Notes: generated from the letters alone by a model not told the origin. A DNA stretch of 64,000 bases from Flavobacteriales bacterium (GCA_040377305.1 JBEIPA010000020.1:1-64000), one strand, 5' to 3'; positions 19,208 through 29,350 are shown, counted from the first letter of the stretch. Numbers and translations are program-made.

Positions 19208-19627
19208 GTGGAAAAAGTATTCGTCGATACGGACATCGTTCTCGATTTACTTAGCGGCAGGGAACCTCACTTTATCTATGCAGCTGAACTGTTTTCGCTC
19301 GCTGATGAAGAATGGGTTAAATTGTACGTTTCTTCTTTGACTTTCGCGAATGTACATTACATCTTATCGAAACAGCTTTCCGCAAGCCAGTCAAGAAAAC
19401 AACTCTTAAAGTTCAAAACGCTCGTTCATGTTTGTGCAGTTAATGACAAGATCATTGAACTTTCCTTAGCATCCGATTTCCATGACTTCGAGGATGCCAT
19501 TCAATATAATACTGCTATTGAAAATGGCGCGACGACTTTATTAACTAGAAATCTTAAAGATTTTAAAAAATCGGCTATCGCAGTACTTACAGCGCAACAA
19601 TATCTGGAAACGCTTGAAGAGGAATAG
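19208..19627 (+). CDS. PIN-domain (VapC-like) toxin
   Basis: VFVDTDIVLD, DFEDAIQ and LTRNLKDF PIN motifs. Confidence 0.92.
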   Translation: MEKVFVDTDIVLDLLSGREPHFIYAAELFSLADEEWVKLYVSSLTFANVHYILSKQLSASQSRKQLLKFKTLVHVCAVNDKIIELSLASDFHDFEDAIQYNTAIENGATTLLTRNLKDFKKSAIAVLTAQQYLETLEEE

Positions 19628-19671
19628 CATTGAATAGAATCAGCCTACCAAACGGATTAGCAATTGTCTGG

Positions 19672-21696
19672 TTAACTATACGCCACCCTCACATGATAAA
19701 TACTTCTCAGCTTCTTCTTGAAAATCTTCTTGATCGCGGTAATATCTTTCAGCGTAATATCTGAGTTATCGAACTGGTGCTGTTCTGCCTGGTGATCGAT
19801 AATCTTCTCTACCAAGGCGTCAATCGTTTCGGAATCATAGGTTGGTAAGCTGCGTGAGGAAGCTTCAACTGCATCAGCCATCATAAGAACTGCAGTTTCT
19901 TTCGAATACGGAATCGGTCCGGGATAACGGAAGAGCTCTTCGTCGACGGTGTCTGCGGGATTGAGTTTCTTGAACATGGTCAGAAAATATCCCGTGTTCG
20001 TGGTGCCGTGGTGAGTACGGATGAAATCGATTACAATATCCGGAAGCTTGTGCGCTTTGGCTTTCTCAACGCCGCGAACAACGTGTTTGATGATGATGCT
20101 TGCGCTTTCTTCGAATGAGAGTTCATCGTGGGGATTCATTCCCGTTGCCTGATTCTCGATGAAGTAAATGGCCATGTCGGTTTTGCCGATGTCGTGATAC
20201 ATAGCGCCGGCACGAATGAGAAGATGGTTCCCTCCTACTCTGCGTATGGCTTCTTCAGCGAGATTAGCAACCTGCATGGAGTGCTGAAAAGTTCCGGGTG
20301 CTTTCTCGGCAAGGTCGCGCAGGAGCGGATGGTTTGTGTCTGCCAATTCCATGAGCGTAACATCAGAAACGAAACCGAATATTTTTTCGAAAAGGAAAAT
20401 AAGCGGATACGCAAGCAGAACCAGCACGGCACTGATTGTGTAGTTTATAAAATCCTGAGAACGGAAGCTCATGATATCTCCTTCTGCCATGAACGACATG
20501 CTCGAATGTAACCCGAGATATACGGAGAGAATGATAATCACCGAGAAGAACAGTTGCGAACGATTACGCATGTTCACGATACTGAAGATTGCAGCAATTC
20601 CGCTCAGCACCTGAATGAACAGGAACGAATAACGATCGCCCGGCAATTTGATGCTGATGAGGATACATCCGATGATGTGAACGAACAATGCTAATCGTGT
20701 GTCGTAGAATGCGCGCATGATCACAGGCAGAATACAGAACGGCAGCATCGTCATAGCAAACGAAGACCAGTGTCCGGGAATGTATGACATTAATACCTGC
20801 AGCACGACCATCAACAAGATGAACAGCAATCGTGAATCGCTCGCCAATACATCGCGGCGAAACAGGCGAAGAAACTGAAACATGAGAAACAAGCAGAATC
20901 CGGTGAGGACTATTTGTCCGATGAGAACGAGGAAATTTCCAGCACGGCCATCACGCATCATTTCGTACGTTCCTTGCAGAGAAACGAGTTTGTGATAACG
21001 TTCAGTGTCTACAATTTCGCCCTTCTGAATGATGACTTCACCTTTCGCGACTGCACCTTGCGTCTGTGAAACATTCGACAAAGCCTGATCGAGATAATTC
21101 ATGGTCATTGCCGAATCGTAAACGACGTTGGCTGAGAATCCAATAATTGCACGATCGCGAATTTGTTCCCGCAACGACGGATTCAAACGTGAATAGACAA
21201 ACGAGTCTGCTTCTCCGGGCGTAAGAAAGTGACCCAGACTTTTTATCTCTGCTGTATTTCCACGTACGAGCCACACTTCATCATCCGCTCCGCGATTCGC
21301 AGCATTCTGTGTTGCACGAATTCCTTTCATGTAAGCCTGATCGACCAGCTCCAGAAATGTGATGCGATCATAGGATGAAAATGATTCCAGCTCGAACGCC
21401 ATTCTCTGTTCAGATTCATCGACGAGCGAAGAATCGAAACGAAAATACGGAGTGAAACTGTTTGTGATTTCTTCCTTCTCCTGTTCGAGTTCTTCTGTCG
21501 ATTTCTGAATGGCGTAGTCAACCGGAGCTTTCAGTGTTTCATACGGCCAGGGAGAATTTTTGACTTCCTCGAGATCATACTTGAATCCCGATTCGCGTGG
21601 ACTGAACCAGACTATCACCAAGAGACTCACCACGAACAGAAACACCTTGTACATGAAGGAGTGGCGGTCGCGAAGGAAGGTGAGGAAACGGTTCAT
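19672..21696 (-). CDS. 7TM-HD (HDIG) phosphohydrolase, PgpH-like
   Basis: Extracytoplasmic domain, about 7 TM, APGTFQHS, YHDIGK, HHGT and MADAVEA motifs. Confidence 0.9.
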   Translation of the reverse strand: MNRFLTFLRDRHSFMYKVFLFVVSLLVIVWFSPRESGFKYDLEEVKNSPWPYETLKAPVDYAIQKSTEELEQEKEEITNSFTPYFRFDSSLVDESEQRMAFELESFSSYDRITFLELVDQAYMKGIRATQNAANRGADDEVWLVRGNTAEIKSLGHFLTPGEADSFVYSRLNPSLREQIRDRAIIGFSANVVYDSAMTMNYLDQALSNVSQTQGAVAKGEVIIQKGEIVDTERYHKLVSLQGTYEMMRDGRAGNFLVLIGQIVLTGFCLFLMFQFLRLFRRDVLASDSRLLFILLMVVLQVLMSYIPGHWSSFAMTMLPFCILPVIMRAFYDTRLALFVHIIGCILISIKLPGDRYSFLFIQVLSGIAAIFSIVNMRNRSQLFFSVIIILSVYLGLHSSMSFMAEGDIMSFRSQDFINYTISAVLVLLAYPLIFLFEKIFGFVSDVTLMELADTNHPLLRDLAEKAPGTFQHSMQVANLAEEAIRRVGGNHLLIRAGAMYHDIGKTDMAIYFIENQATGMNPHDELSFEESASIIIKHVVRGVEKAKAHKLPDIVIDFIRTHHGTTNTGYFLTMFKKLNPADTVDEELFRYPGPIPYSKETAVLMMADAVEASSRSLPTYDSETIDALVEKIIDHQAEQHQFDNSDITLKDITAIKKIFKKKLRSIYHVRVAYS

Positions 21697-21878
21697 ATTC
21701 GGAATCGCTCGAAATTACGAAAAACGATGTGCCGATATGCCGATATGCCAATTCAATTAGCTGATTTCCAATTTCTAATTAGCTGATGGCATACGTAGTG
21801 TTGAACTACTGCTTGACAAACCATTGAGTTGCACTACCTGAACGTGTCTAATCTGTAACTATGTATAGCGCAAGTAGA

Positions 21879-23486
21879 TTATTCCGCAGATGTTTTCACC
21901 AGCTTTTGAACCTGAACTTTGCCTTCTGAGTCGTACAGGTGAACGAAGTAAATTCCATCGGGTTCAGAAGTGATATCAAGATTACGATCGTTTGCTTGTG
22001 ATTTGACGAGACGACCTTCTGCGCTGTAGATCATGAGTTGGAATTGGGTTTGGTTGGTCAGCACTGTAAAATGACCATCAGATGGATTGGGTGCAAGCTG
22101 CAACCATGATCCAAGTGCTAACTCCTCCTGACCCGTGATGTAGCTGTATTTTACAGTTGCATAGTCATTACCGGTTCCGCCTCCATAACTATAACCAGTG
22201 ATATAAATACTTCCAACTGAATCAACCAATACCACTCCCGCCCGATCCATTTGATTACCCAATCCGTTATAACGAATATTCCATTGCAAGGTCCCTGAAG
22301 GATCATACTTAATAGTGAAATAGTCGTGGTTACCGCCGCTAAGATTGGATGGACTGTTGCCAGCCACATAAATGTTTCCTTGCAGATCCAAACAAATTGC
22401 TCTGCCTACATCCAGAACATTTACGGTTAGATAAGTATAGTACCGAACCCATTGTTGAGTACCTGATGAATCGTATTTCATCGTTACACATGCGTGCATA
22501 TTTGTTACATCTTCGGAACCTGTGGTATAAATATTCTCTGCGGAGTCGACTACCAGCGCATGGGGTGTTTCGAAATAATTATACGTGTTACTGGCACTCC
22601 ATTTTCTCAACCACTTCTGATTACCATAAGTGTCGTATTTTATCGTAGTCCATGGATCAAAATTGTAATTACCTCCAATACCCACGACGTAAACAGTTCC
22701 ACCCGGAGTAACCTTCATATCAGTTATATAGTCCCACGCGCCATTACCATTTGCGTTTCCGTGATAAAATTTAGCCCATTGTTGAACTCCATTTGAATTG
22801 TATTTCACAGTGGCAAAATCCATCGTCATATTCGTTTGGAATGCACTGCCGGCCACATATACATTGTATGCTGAATCAAGTGCAATCCGGATGGGAATAT
22901 CGACAAGATTGGAAGCTCCATTGAATGCAGTAGTCCATATGATGTTTCCGTTGAAGTCATATTTGATAGTGAAAAAGTCTTCCTGAGTTCCTCCAACCGC
23001 ATAACCAGTTACGTAAACGTAGCCTGAGTCATCTGTGGTAATCGCAGTTGCCTCATCATAGTTGACAGCCCGATCAAATTCCTCAATCCATTGCTGTACA
23101 CCAGCGCGATTATACTTTATCGTCAGGTAATTATTCGTAGGAGTAAACCCGCCACCAAAACTTGTACCGGTCACATACACGTTTCCTGAATCATCAATAG
23201 CCATGGCATTTACAAAGTCATGCCAGTTACCCGCACCATTGAAGCGCTGCGTCCAGATCGGAACGCCGCTGTTCGAATATTTAATGGTGAGGTAATCCAT
23301 GTAACCATTTGTTCCGGCACTTACTCCTGTAACGTACACATTCGAAGAATCGTCAAGCACCATTGCAACGGCAGTGTCGTTTCCGTTTTGGGTCCAGTTG
23401 TTATAACGAACTGCCCATTCCTGAGAAATCTGGGAACTTGCATTAGTGCAAATCAGATATGATACGACTAGTAGAATCCTGAACAT
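21879..23486 (-). CDS. SBBP-repeat beta-propeller protein with T9SS CTD
   Basis: Repeated D..GNVYVTG / DY.TIKY...G...W units; APNPS...YSAEGR...GIYF CTD. Confidence 0.88.
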   Translation of the reverse strand: MFRILLVVSYLICTNASSQISQEWAVRYNNWTQNGNDTAVAMVLDDSSNVYVTGVSAGTNGYMDYLTIKYSNSGVPIWTQRFNGAGNWHDFVNAMAIDDSGNVYVTGTSFGGGFTPTNNYLTIKYNRAGVQQWIEEFDRAVNYDEATAITTDDSGYVYVTGYAVGGTQEDFFTIKYDFNGNIIWTTAFNGASNLVDIPIRIALDSAYNVYVAGSAFQTNMTMDFATVKYNSNGVQQWAKFYHGNANGNGAWDYITDMKVTPGGTVYVVGIGGNYNFDPWTTIKYDTYGNQKWLRKWSASNTYNYFETPHALVVDSAENIYTTGSEDVTNMHACVTMKYDSSGTQQWVRYYTYLTVNVLDVGRAICLDLQGNIYVAGNSPSNLSGGNHDYFTIKYDPSGTLQWNIRYNGLGNQMDRAGVVLVDSVGSIYITGYSYGGGTGNDYATVKYSYITGQEELALGSWLQLAPNPSDGHFTVLTNQTQFQLMIYSAEGRLVKSQANDRNLDITSEPDGIYFVHLYDSEGKVQVQKLVKTSAE

Positions 23487-23750
23487 CTGTAAGTGATTTC
23501 GTGAATGGTAAATTTATGAAAAGCTACGGGGCGATCTCTACCGTTCCTTCCTCGGAAACGACCGTTTCTTACATGTTCACGAATGTCAAGGAGAAACTAA
23601 TTTCTATAGTTAATAATTGCTGAAAACTTAACACACTAACATCAACTAAATCAACCTTTTAGCCGAAATTATTTGCACGGACACAATAGAGAATCTGCCC
23701 ACCGAAACCGCTATCTTTGTCCCCGATTTCTAAACTCAAAAATCCTCTTT

Positions 23751-24929
23751 ATGAAAGAAGTATATATCGTTTCTGCTGTACGCACAGCAATGGGAAGCTT
23801 TGGTGGTGCATTGGCAGAAGTTCCGTCAACACAACTTGGTGCAACAGCAATTAAAGCTGCAGTTGAACGCGCTGGTATTAAACCAACCGATGTGCAGGAT
23901 GTTTTTATGGGCTCTGTGTTGCAAGCGAATCTCGGACAAGCTCCTGCTCGTCAGGCGGCGAAGTTTGCAGGACTTCCTGATTCTGTGAATTGTACAACCG
24001 TGAATAAGGTTTGTGCTTCCGGAATGAAATCGGTGGTGATTGGTGCGCAACACATCATGCTTGGCGATAGCGAAGTGGTTGTTGCAGGTGGAATGGAAAA
24101 TATGTCGGCTACTCCGTATTACGTGGAGAAAGGTCGTTACGGAATGAAATACGGACACGGTCAGTTGCTCGACGGAATTGTGAAAGACGGATTGACTGAC
24201 GTGTACAACAATAACGCGATGGGATGTTCTGCAGATCTCTGCGCCACTGAACACAAAGTGACTCGTGAAGAACAGGATGCGTATGCGATTCAGTCGTACA
24301 AGCGTTCTGCGGAAGCATGGGCAGCAGGAAAATTCAAAGACGAAGTTGTTCCTGTAACTGTTAAAACACGTAAAGGTGAAATTCAGGTGACGGAAGATGA
24401 AGAATACAAAAACGTTTTCTTCGACAAGATTCCCGGATTGAAACCTGTATTCACCAAAGAAGGAACAGTAACTGCTGCGAACGCTTCAACAATCAACGAC
24501 GGTGCTGCGGCACTTGTATTGATGAGCAAAGAGAAAATGACGGCACTGGGATTGAAACCAATTGCACGTATTCTTTCTTATGCAGATGCAGAACAGGCTC
24601 CTGATAAATTTACAACAGCACCTGCAATCGCAGTTCCGAAAGCCGTTGAGAAAGCCGGATTGAAAATGAGCGACATCAACTTCTTCGAATTGAATGAAGC
24701 ATTTGCGGTTGTTGCATTGGCAAACATGAAACTGATGAATATCGACGCGGCGAAGATCAACGTGAATGGCGGTGCAGTTGCACTTGGTCATCCGCTTGGT
24801 GCTTCCGGTGCACGAATCATTGTTACACTCCTCCACGTATTGAAGCAGAATGGCGCGAAGTACGGTGCAGCAGGAATTTGTAATGGTGGTGGCGGTGCGA
24901 GCGCGATTGTTGTTGAGAATCTGCAATAG
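23751..24929 (+). CDS. acetyl-CoA C-acyltransferase (thiolase)
   Basis: NKVCASG, NEAF, GHPLGASG, ICNGGGG motifs; ATG at 23751 after TATCTTTG -7 element (23712-23719). Confidence 0.97.
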   Translation: MKEVYIVSAVRTAMGSFGGALAEVPSTQLGATAIKAAVERAGIKPTDVQDVFMGSVLQANLGQAPARQAAKFAGLPDSVNCTTVNKVCASGMKSVVIGAQHIMLGDSEVVVAGGMENMSATPYYVEKGRYGMKYGHGQLLDGIVKDGLTDVYNNNAMGCSADLCATEHKVTREEQDAYAIQSYKRSAEAWAAGKFKDEVVPVTVKTRKGEIQVTEDEEYKNVFFDKIPGLKPVFTKEGTVTAANASTINDGAAALVLMSKEKMTALGLKPIARILSYADAEQAPDKFTTAPAIAVPKAVEKAGLKMSDINFFELNEAFAVVALANMKLMNIDAAKINVNGGAVALGHPLGASGARIIVTLLHVLKQNGAKYGAAGICNGGGGASAIVVENLQ

Positions 24930-24935
24930 GAAATT

Positions 24936-25131
24936 GGAACGCGGATCTTGATGACCGTTGGTTGCTAGTTCAAATATGGATGTGCATTCTTAATCATCAG
25001 AATTAGGTATTGGATTTTATGAGATAGGGTTATAGGGTTTATCTCATTAGATCCAAAACCGAGACGAACATGTTTACCGAGGTGATCCTGTTGAAAGACT
25101 AACAAGTTTCGCATATAATAATCCGCGTTCC
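24936..25131. repeat. 11-bp inverted repeat (GGAACGCGGAT/ATCCGCGTTCC) bracketing the intergenic region
   Basis: 24936-24946 and 25121-25131 are exact reverse complements. Confidence 0.6.
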
Positions 25132-25137
25132 TTTTTC

Positions 25138-25944
25138 ATGCAGTACGGTGTTTGCCATCTCGCAATAGTGCCCTGCCGACGCGATCCTTCGGATCAATCG
25201 GAGATGGTGACTCAGCTCCTGTTCGGTGATGCATTCGAAATACTCGAGGAGAAAGATTCATGGCACCGCATTCGTCTGGAATGGGATCACTACGAGTGCT
25301 GGATAGACCGCAAGCAGTACATTCCGGTTTCCAAGGCTACGTATGAGAATCTTCGCGATAATCCTGCACCGGTTGCTACCGATTTAATTTCGCTCATCAC
25401 CGATCTGAAATCAGGAAGTACTTTTCCGATTGTTGCCGGAAGCTCTTTGCCGTTCTGGTATGATGGTGACCTTTCGACAGGGCTCAGGACAAGTATAAGA
25501 ATCGAAGATCACCAGTTCAAATTCGAAGGAAGTGTGCGCGTGTTCGATCAGCAAGCCAAACGTGAATCACTTGTTGAAACGGCCTATGCATATCTGAACG
25601 CACCATACGTTTGGGGCGGACGATCTCCTTTTGGAATTGATTGTTCCGGACTCGTGCAAATCATTCTTAAGCAAAACGGATTGCGCATTAAACGCGACGC
25701 ATGGCAGCAAGTTGAAATCGGCGATGCATATTCTTTCGTAGAGGAAGCTCAACCTGGAGATTTAGCGTTCTTCGATAATGAAGAAGGAAAAATTACGCAC
25801 GTTGGAATTGTGTGCGGGCAGAACAGAATCATACATGCATCCGGAAAAGTAAGATTGGATCATTACGATCACTATGGCATTTTCACACCGGAGCGAGGCG
25901 GTTATACACACAACCTGAGAATTATCAAGAATATATTTAGTTAG
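25138..25944 (+). CDS. NlpC/P60 (C40) peptidase with N-terminal SH3-like domain, YkfC-like
   Basis: SEMVTQLLFG, PYVWGG, GIDCSG, HVGI and IIHASG motifs. Confidence 0.92.
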   Translation: MQYGVCHLAIVPCRRDPSDQSEMVTQLLFGDAFEILEEKDSWHRIRLEWDHYECWIDRKQYIPVSKATYENLRDNPAPVATDLISLITDLKSGSTFPIVAGSSLPFWYDGDLSTGLRTSIRIEDHQFKFEGSVRVFDQQAKRESLVETAYAYLNAPYVWGGRSPFGIDCSGLVQIILKQNGLRIKRDAWQQVEIGDAYSFVEEAQPGDLAFFDNEEGKITHVGIVCGQNRIIHASGKVRLDHYDHYGIFTPERGGYTHNLRIIKNIFS

Positions 25945-25985
25945 TTAAATATTATATTTACCTTTGTCGTAATAATATATATGAA

Positions 25986-26222
25986 ATGAATATAAGAGAT
26001 AAAAGAAAGATGGTTACGCAATTGATTGAGAAACTGGACGAGAAGCGCCTTGACGCACTTATTACTTTGTTGAAAGATCCACAGGATGAACTGATAGTCA
26101 GCGAAAGTGATTGGGAATACGCCAATTACAGGCGCAAACTTTACGAGGAAGGAAACGCTGAGACTACTCCTGCAGACAATGTGATTAAGAATCTCAAAAA
26201 GTCGCTGGGCAAGCGCAAATAG
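25986..26222 (+). CDS. putative addiction-module antitoxin
   Basis: 78 aa upstream of a ParE/RelE-like gene; W...RR....G....A..V pattern. Confidence 0.65.
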   Translation: MNIRDKRKMVTQLIEKLDEKRLDALITLLKDPQDELIVSESDWEYANYRRKLYEEGNAETTPADNVIKNLKKSLGKRK

Positions 26223-26224
26223 TA

Positions 26225-26518
26225 ATGTTTCTTGTTGTAGTTGATCGGGTTGCAGAATTGCAGCTCGAGTTGATCATGCATTATTATGAAGATCAACAAA
26301 TCGGTTTGGGGCACAAATGCATTGAAGAAATGAATAGGTCATTCGTGCTCCTTAGTAAATTTTCACATGCTCGTCCGGAGGAAAAGCACGGACTAAGACT
26401 TTTGCAATTGGATACTTTCGCCGCAAGTGTAGCTTATCGCATCTACAACACGCTGGTTGTTGTGCATTTCATATTCGATTCGAGAAGCGACTTCCGCAAG
26501 CAAATTGGATTGGAATAA
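26225..26518 (+). CDS. ParE/RelE-family toxin
   Basis: AELQL..I..YYEDQQIGLG and V...IFDSR motifs. Confidence 0.75.
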   Translation: MFLVVVDRVAELQLELIMHYYEDQQIGLGHKCIEEMNRSFVLLSKFSHARPEEKHGLRLLQLDTFAASVAYRIYNTLVVVHFIFDSRSDFRKQIGLE

Positions 26519-26527
26519 CTCGAGCCC

Positions 26528-27505
26528 TTAACGCATTTCGTACTTCCACGTCGTTACACTCTTCTGTCCCATTCCAATGACCACACACGAAACCGGAAGC
26601 CCTTGCTCATTGTAAACAGTAGTAAATGTTTGGCTGACTTCCTGGTACGATGTTCGTCTGTATGAACTCCAATATCCATTTGCATCGAACGTCCATTTTT
26701 CTGTCTCGAATTCTACATAGTCCGCTTCATTTGCGGAATACTCCTCTTTCACAAGATTTCCTGCTGCATCATAACTATATGTCCATGTGCTACTCTTTGT
26801 TCCATTGGAGTAGGTTGATATGGTCTGCGCTAATTTCCCCTGTGAATTGTACGTGTTTCGGGTCGTATCAACAGAGCTCTGAATACCTTCCGTGTATTGC
26901 TTACTGATAGTCATTATTTCCTGGTTCTTCTCGTTGTATACATAGTCGATTGAAGAAATCTTCACTTCTTTACCACCTTTGCTGTTCTTCCTAAATTCAG
27001 CAAACGTTTTCTTTTGCCCCTTCTTATTAAAAGTCACCTTCTGCGTTGTTCTTGAGTTCCCGCTCTCACTGGAATGCTGAGTAATGTGACCCTTGCTATC
27101 GTAGGTCCACTTGTCAACTAATATGGTTCCATCATCCGCATACTGTGTGCGCAGAACCACGTTCCCTTTGTCATCGCGTTTCTCAACCGTACTGTCGTTT
27201 TGTGCGCCAATAAAATGGCTGATAACAGTTCGGCCTTTATCACGAAATGTTTTTTCATGAACGTATGGGTCTCCCGATTCGCTTTTGCTTTCGTAACGGA
27301 TACATTCTCCGGTCGAATCAAATTCAAACCTTTCTGTATTGCTATCGATGCGCGTAGTGTCGAGTTCCCCAAATTCATACGAAACAGTTACACGTTCCAA
27401 GGATTTCACACTGTCTGGAAATTCATTGAGGTTCAAAATGCTTTTATTGACATACTGCGCAGACATTGCAAGCGGCAGAAACAAAATGAGAATGAAGGTC
27501 TTCAT
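26528..27505 (-). CDS. secreted YD/RHS-repeat-like protein (paralog A)
   Basis: Signal peptide; repeated TYDSKG / YNSQG / YDAAGN units; C-terminal YNEQGLPVSC...WKY. Confidence 0.75.
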   Translation of the reverse strand: MKTFILILFLPLAMSAQYVNKSILNLNEFPDSVKSLERVTVSYEFGELDTTRIDSNTERFEFDSTGECIRYESKSESGDPYVHEKTFRDKGRTVISHFIGAQNDSTVEKRDDKGNVVLRTQYADDGTILVDKWTYDSKGHITQHSSESGNSRTTQKVTFNKKGQKKTFAEFRKNSKGGKEVKISSIDYVYNEKNQEIMTISKQYTEGIQSSVDTTRNTYNSQGKLAQTISTYSNGTKSSTWTYSYDAAGNLVKEEYSANEADYVEFETEKWTFDANGYWSSYRRTSYQEVSQTFTTVYNEQGLPVSCVVIGMGQKSVTTWKYEMR

Positions 27506-27622
27506 AGGCGTGAATGTAGATGGTTTCATTCAAACGATGCACGATTCATTCCACAATGACCGGGATTCCTACGAAGAAAGTAGTAAGAGTTCGTTGTTGT
27601 ACGTAGTACTACCTAGGATTGA

Positions 27623-28612
27623 TCAACGATATTCATAAATCCACTCATAGAAAAACGTTGTAGCAGCTGTCTCGTACAAACATTGAACCGGCAAACCAAA
27701 TTCATTGTATTGGGTCGACCAGCGATTTGTGAATCCGTAACTGGTTTCTACTTCAATGTAAACTGAATAATAACCGAGCGAATCATATTTCATGTTCTTA
27801 TTCCCCGATCGTTTCTCCGGATCAATTCTGATGGATGTTTCCCAATGCTCACCTACGATACGACCACGTTCATCATACGAGTAAGTTGTAATTCTCGTCC
27901 AACCACTGTTCTCTCTGATTTCCGTTTTGCTCGTCATGCTCTGCGCCTCATCAAACGTACATGCTACTGTGTCACGAACACGTACTTGCTCATTTGCTCC
28001 GTAATAAAATGCGTACATCTTCGACGCCTCACGACCGCTGTATTCATACTTTTCTTCGTAATCGAGTTGTAGTTTCTTTTCGGTAACTGATCCCGAAGAA
28101 CGTTTCAGGTTGAGCACGCGACCAAGCTGATCATAAGTGTAAGTCTCTTCTGTCTTGTTCTCCACAAACGTGAATGTCTTTTTGATCACGCGCTTATTCT
28201 GGTCGTATTCGAATTCGGTGAGTTGAGCATCGCGTTGCGCAGGTTCAGCGAGGAAGCTTTTAATTGTTCCGTCTTTGTTGAACACCGTAGTGCCTTTTGA
28301 TGGTTCAAAGTCGTTGGCACGGGAAATGACACGGGTTCTGGTTTTTGCATCGTACTTTACAGAGTCGTACGAAGCATCTCCATCGCTGAAGGTTTCTATT
28401 CTTACATTCCACCGTCCGAGTGAATCACATTCGAAGTAACGGGAACTTTGTGGTTGACGATTTTCAGATTCATCGGAATGCAGATAGCAGTTCTGCGTCG
28501 CCTTCTTCACATTCGGTGCAAAGGAATCGCGATTGAGAATATTCAGTATGTCGCCTTGAGCAAACGTATCGGTCGCAAGAAATAGAAGTAGAATGCCAAT
28601 GAAATTTCTCAT
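27623..28612 (-). CDS. secreted YD/RHS-repeat-like protein (paralog B)
   Basis: Start MRNFIG overlaps upstream stop (ATGA); YTYDQLGR, YSYDERGR; C-terminal YNEFGLPVQC...WIY. Confidence 0.75.
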   Translation of the reverse strand: MRNFIGILLLFLATDTFAQGDILNILNRDSFAPNVKKATQNCYLHSDESENRQPQSSRYFECDSLGRWNVRIETFSDGDASYDSVKYDAKTRTRVISRANDFEPSKGTTVFNKDGTIKSFLAEPAQRDAQLTEFEYDQNKRVIKKTFTFVENKTEETYTYDQLGRVLNLKRSSGSVTEKKLQLDYEEKYEYSGREASKMYAFYYGANEQVRVRDTVACTFDEAQSMTSKTEIRENSGWTRITTYSYDERGRIVGEHWETSIRIDPEKRSGNKNMKYDSLGYYSVYIEVETSYGFTNRWSTQYNEFGLPVQCLYETAATTFFYEWIYEYR

Positions 28613-29313
28613 TTGATCATATCGTTGTGCAGCAATTCGCCAGTAGTGGCATTTAGCACAAAGAATGCCATACCTCCGCTTCCAGCCCAATTCTCCTTGC
28701 GATAGGTAACAACAATCCGATTCGTTTTTCTCAGCCAAATAACGTAACGGATGTAATCCGCCATGCCTTTCATCGGATGAGCTTCCATACCAATGCCCGA
28801 TCTGTAAAGTTGAACAGTAAAACGTTCCTGATCGCCCGCTTTGGTTTTGTTGAAGACCAATCCAAATTTGGGAAGTTTCTTCGGTACACTCGTATCGCTA
28901 TCCTTCTGATCTAATTCAGTAATGGGTATCTCACAATTTGTCTCGAGATACGCAAACTCCGGTGCAGGCTCGACGTAATCGTCGTCCATGTACCGCTCGT
29001 CATCATAGTCCGAATCTTCTTTGGCAGCTGCTGGCTTCAATTTGCGATTGAGTTGTGCCGACATGTGCTCAATGCATCGCTCTGCAAACGGACTTTTTAT
29101 ACTGAAGTCATTTCCTGTCTGCTGAAGTCCGTTGATAACAGTATAATTGTTCAGATCGATCACAGCGTGACGCCAGATATCAAACGATTCGCCTTCATCG
29201 GGCATTACGCGAATAGCGCCAAAGACGTGCAGAAGATCACCGTATTGTTCATCGCGACAAAATACTTCGATGTACGTGATGTTGCGGGTGAAGAGCTTTG
29301 AGAAGAAGGACAT
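28609..29313 (-). CDS. hypothetical cytoplasmic protein
   Basis: 234 aa; MSFFSKLF amphipathic N-terminus; acidic central insert. Confidence 0.65.
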   Translation of the reverse strand: MSFFSKLFTRNITYIEVFCRDEQYGDLLHVFGAIRVMPDEGESFDIWRHAVIDLNNYTVINGLQQTGNDFSIKSPFAERCIEHMSAQLNRKLKPAAAKEDSDYDDERYMDDDYVEPAPEFAYLETNCEIPITELDQKDSDTSVPKKLPKFGLVFNKTKAGDQERFTVQLYRSGIGMEAHPMKGMADYIRYVIWLRKTNRIVVTYRKENWAGSGGMAFFVLNATTGELLHNDMIK

Positions 29314-29350
29314 TCAGCTAAGATATTGAATACTCCGATAAATGATTTCC

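Noticed and set aside
24965-25114. 49-codon minus-strand ORF inside the 11-bp inverted repeat
   Set aside because: No recognisable motif or promoter support; likely chance.
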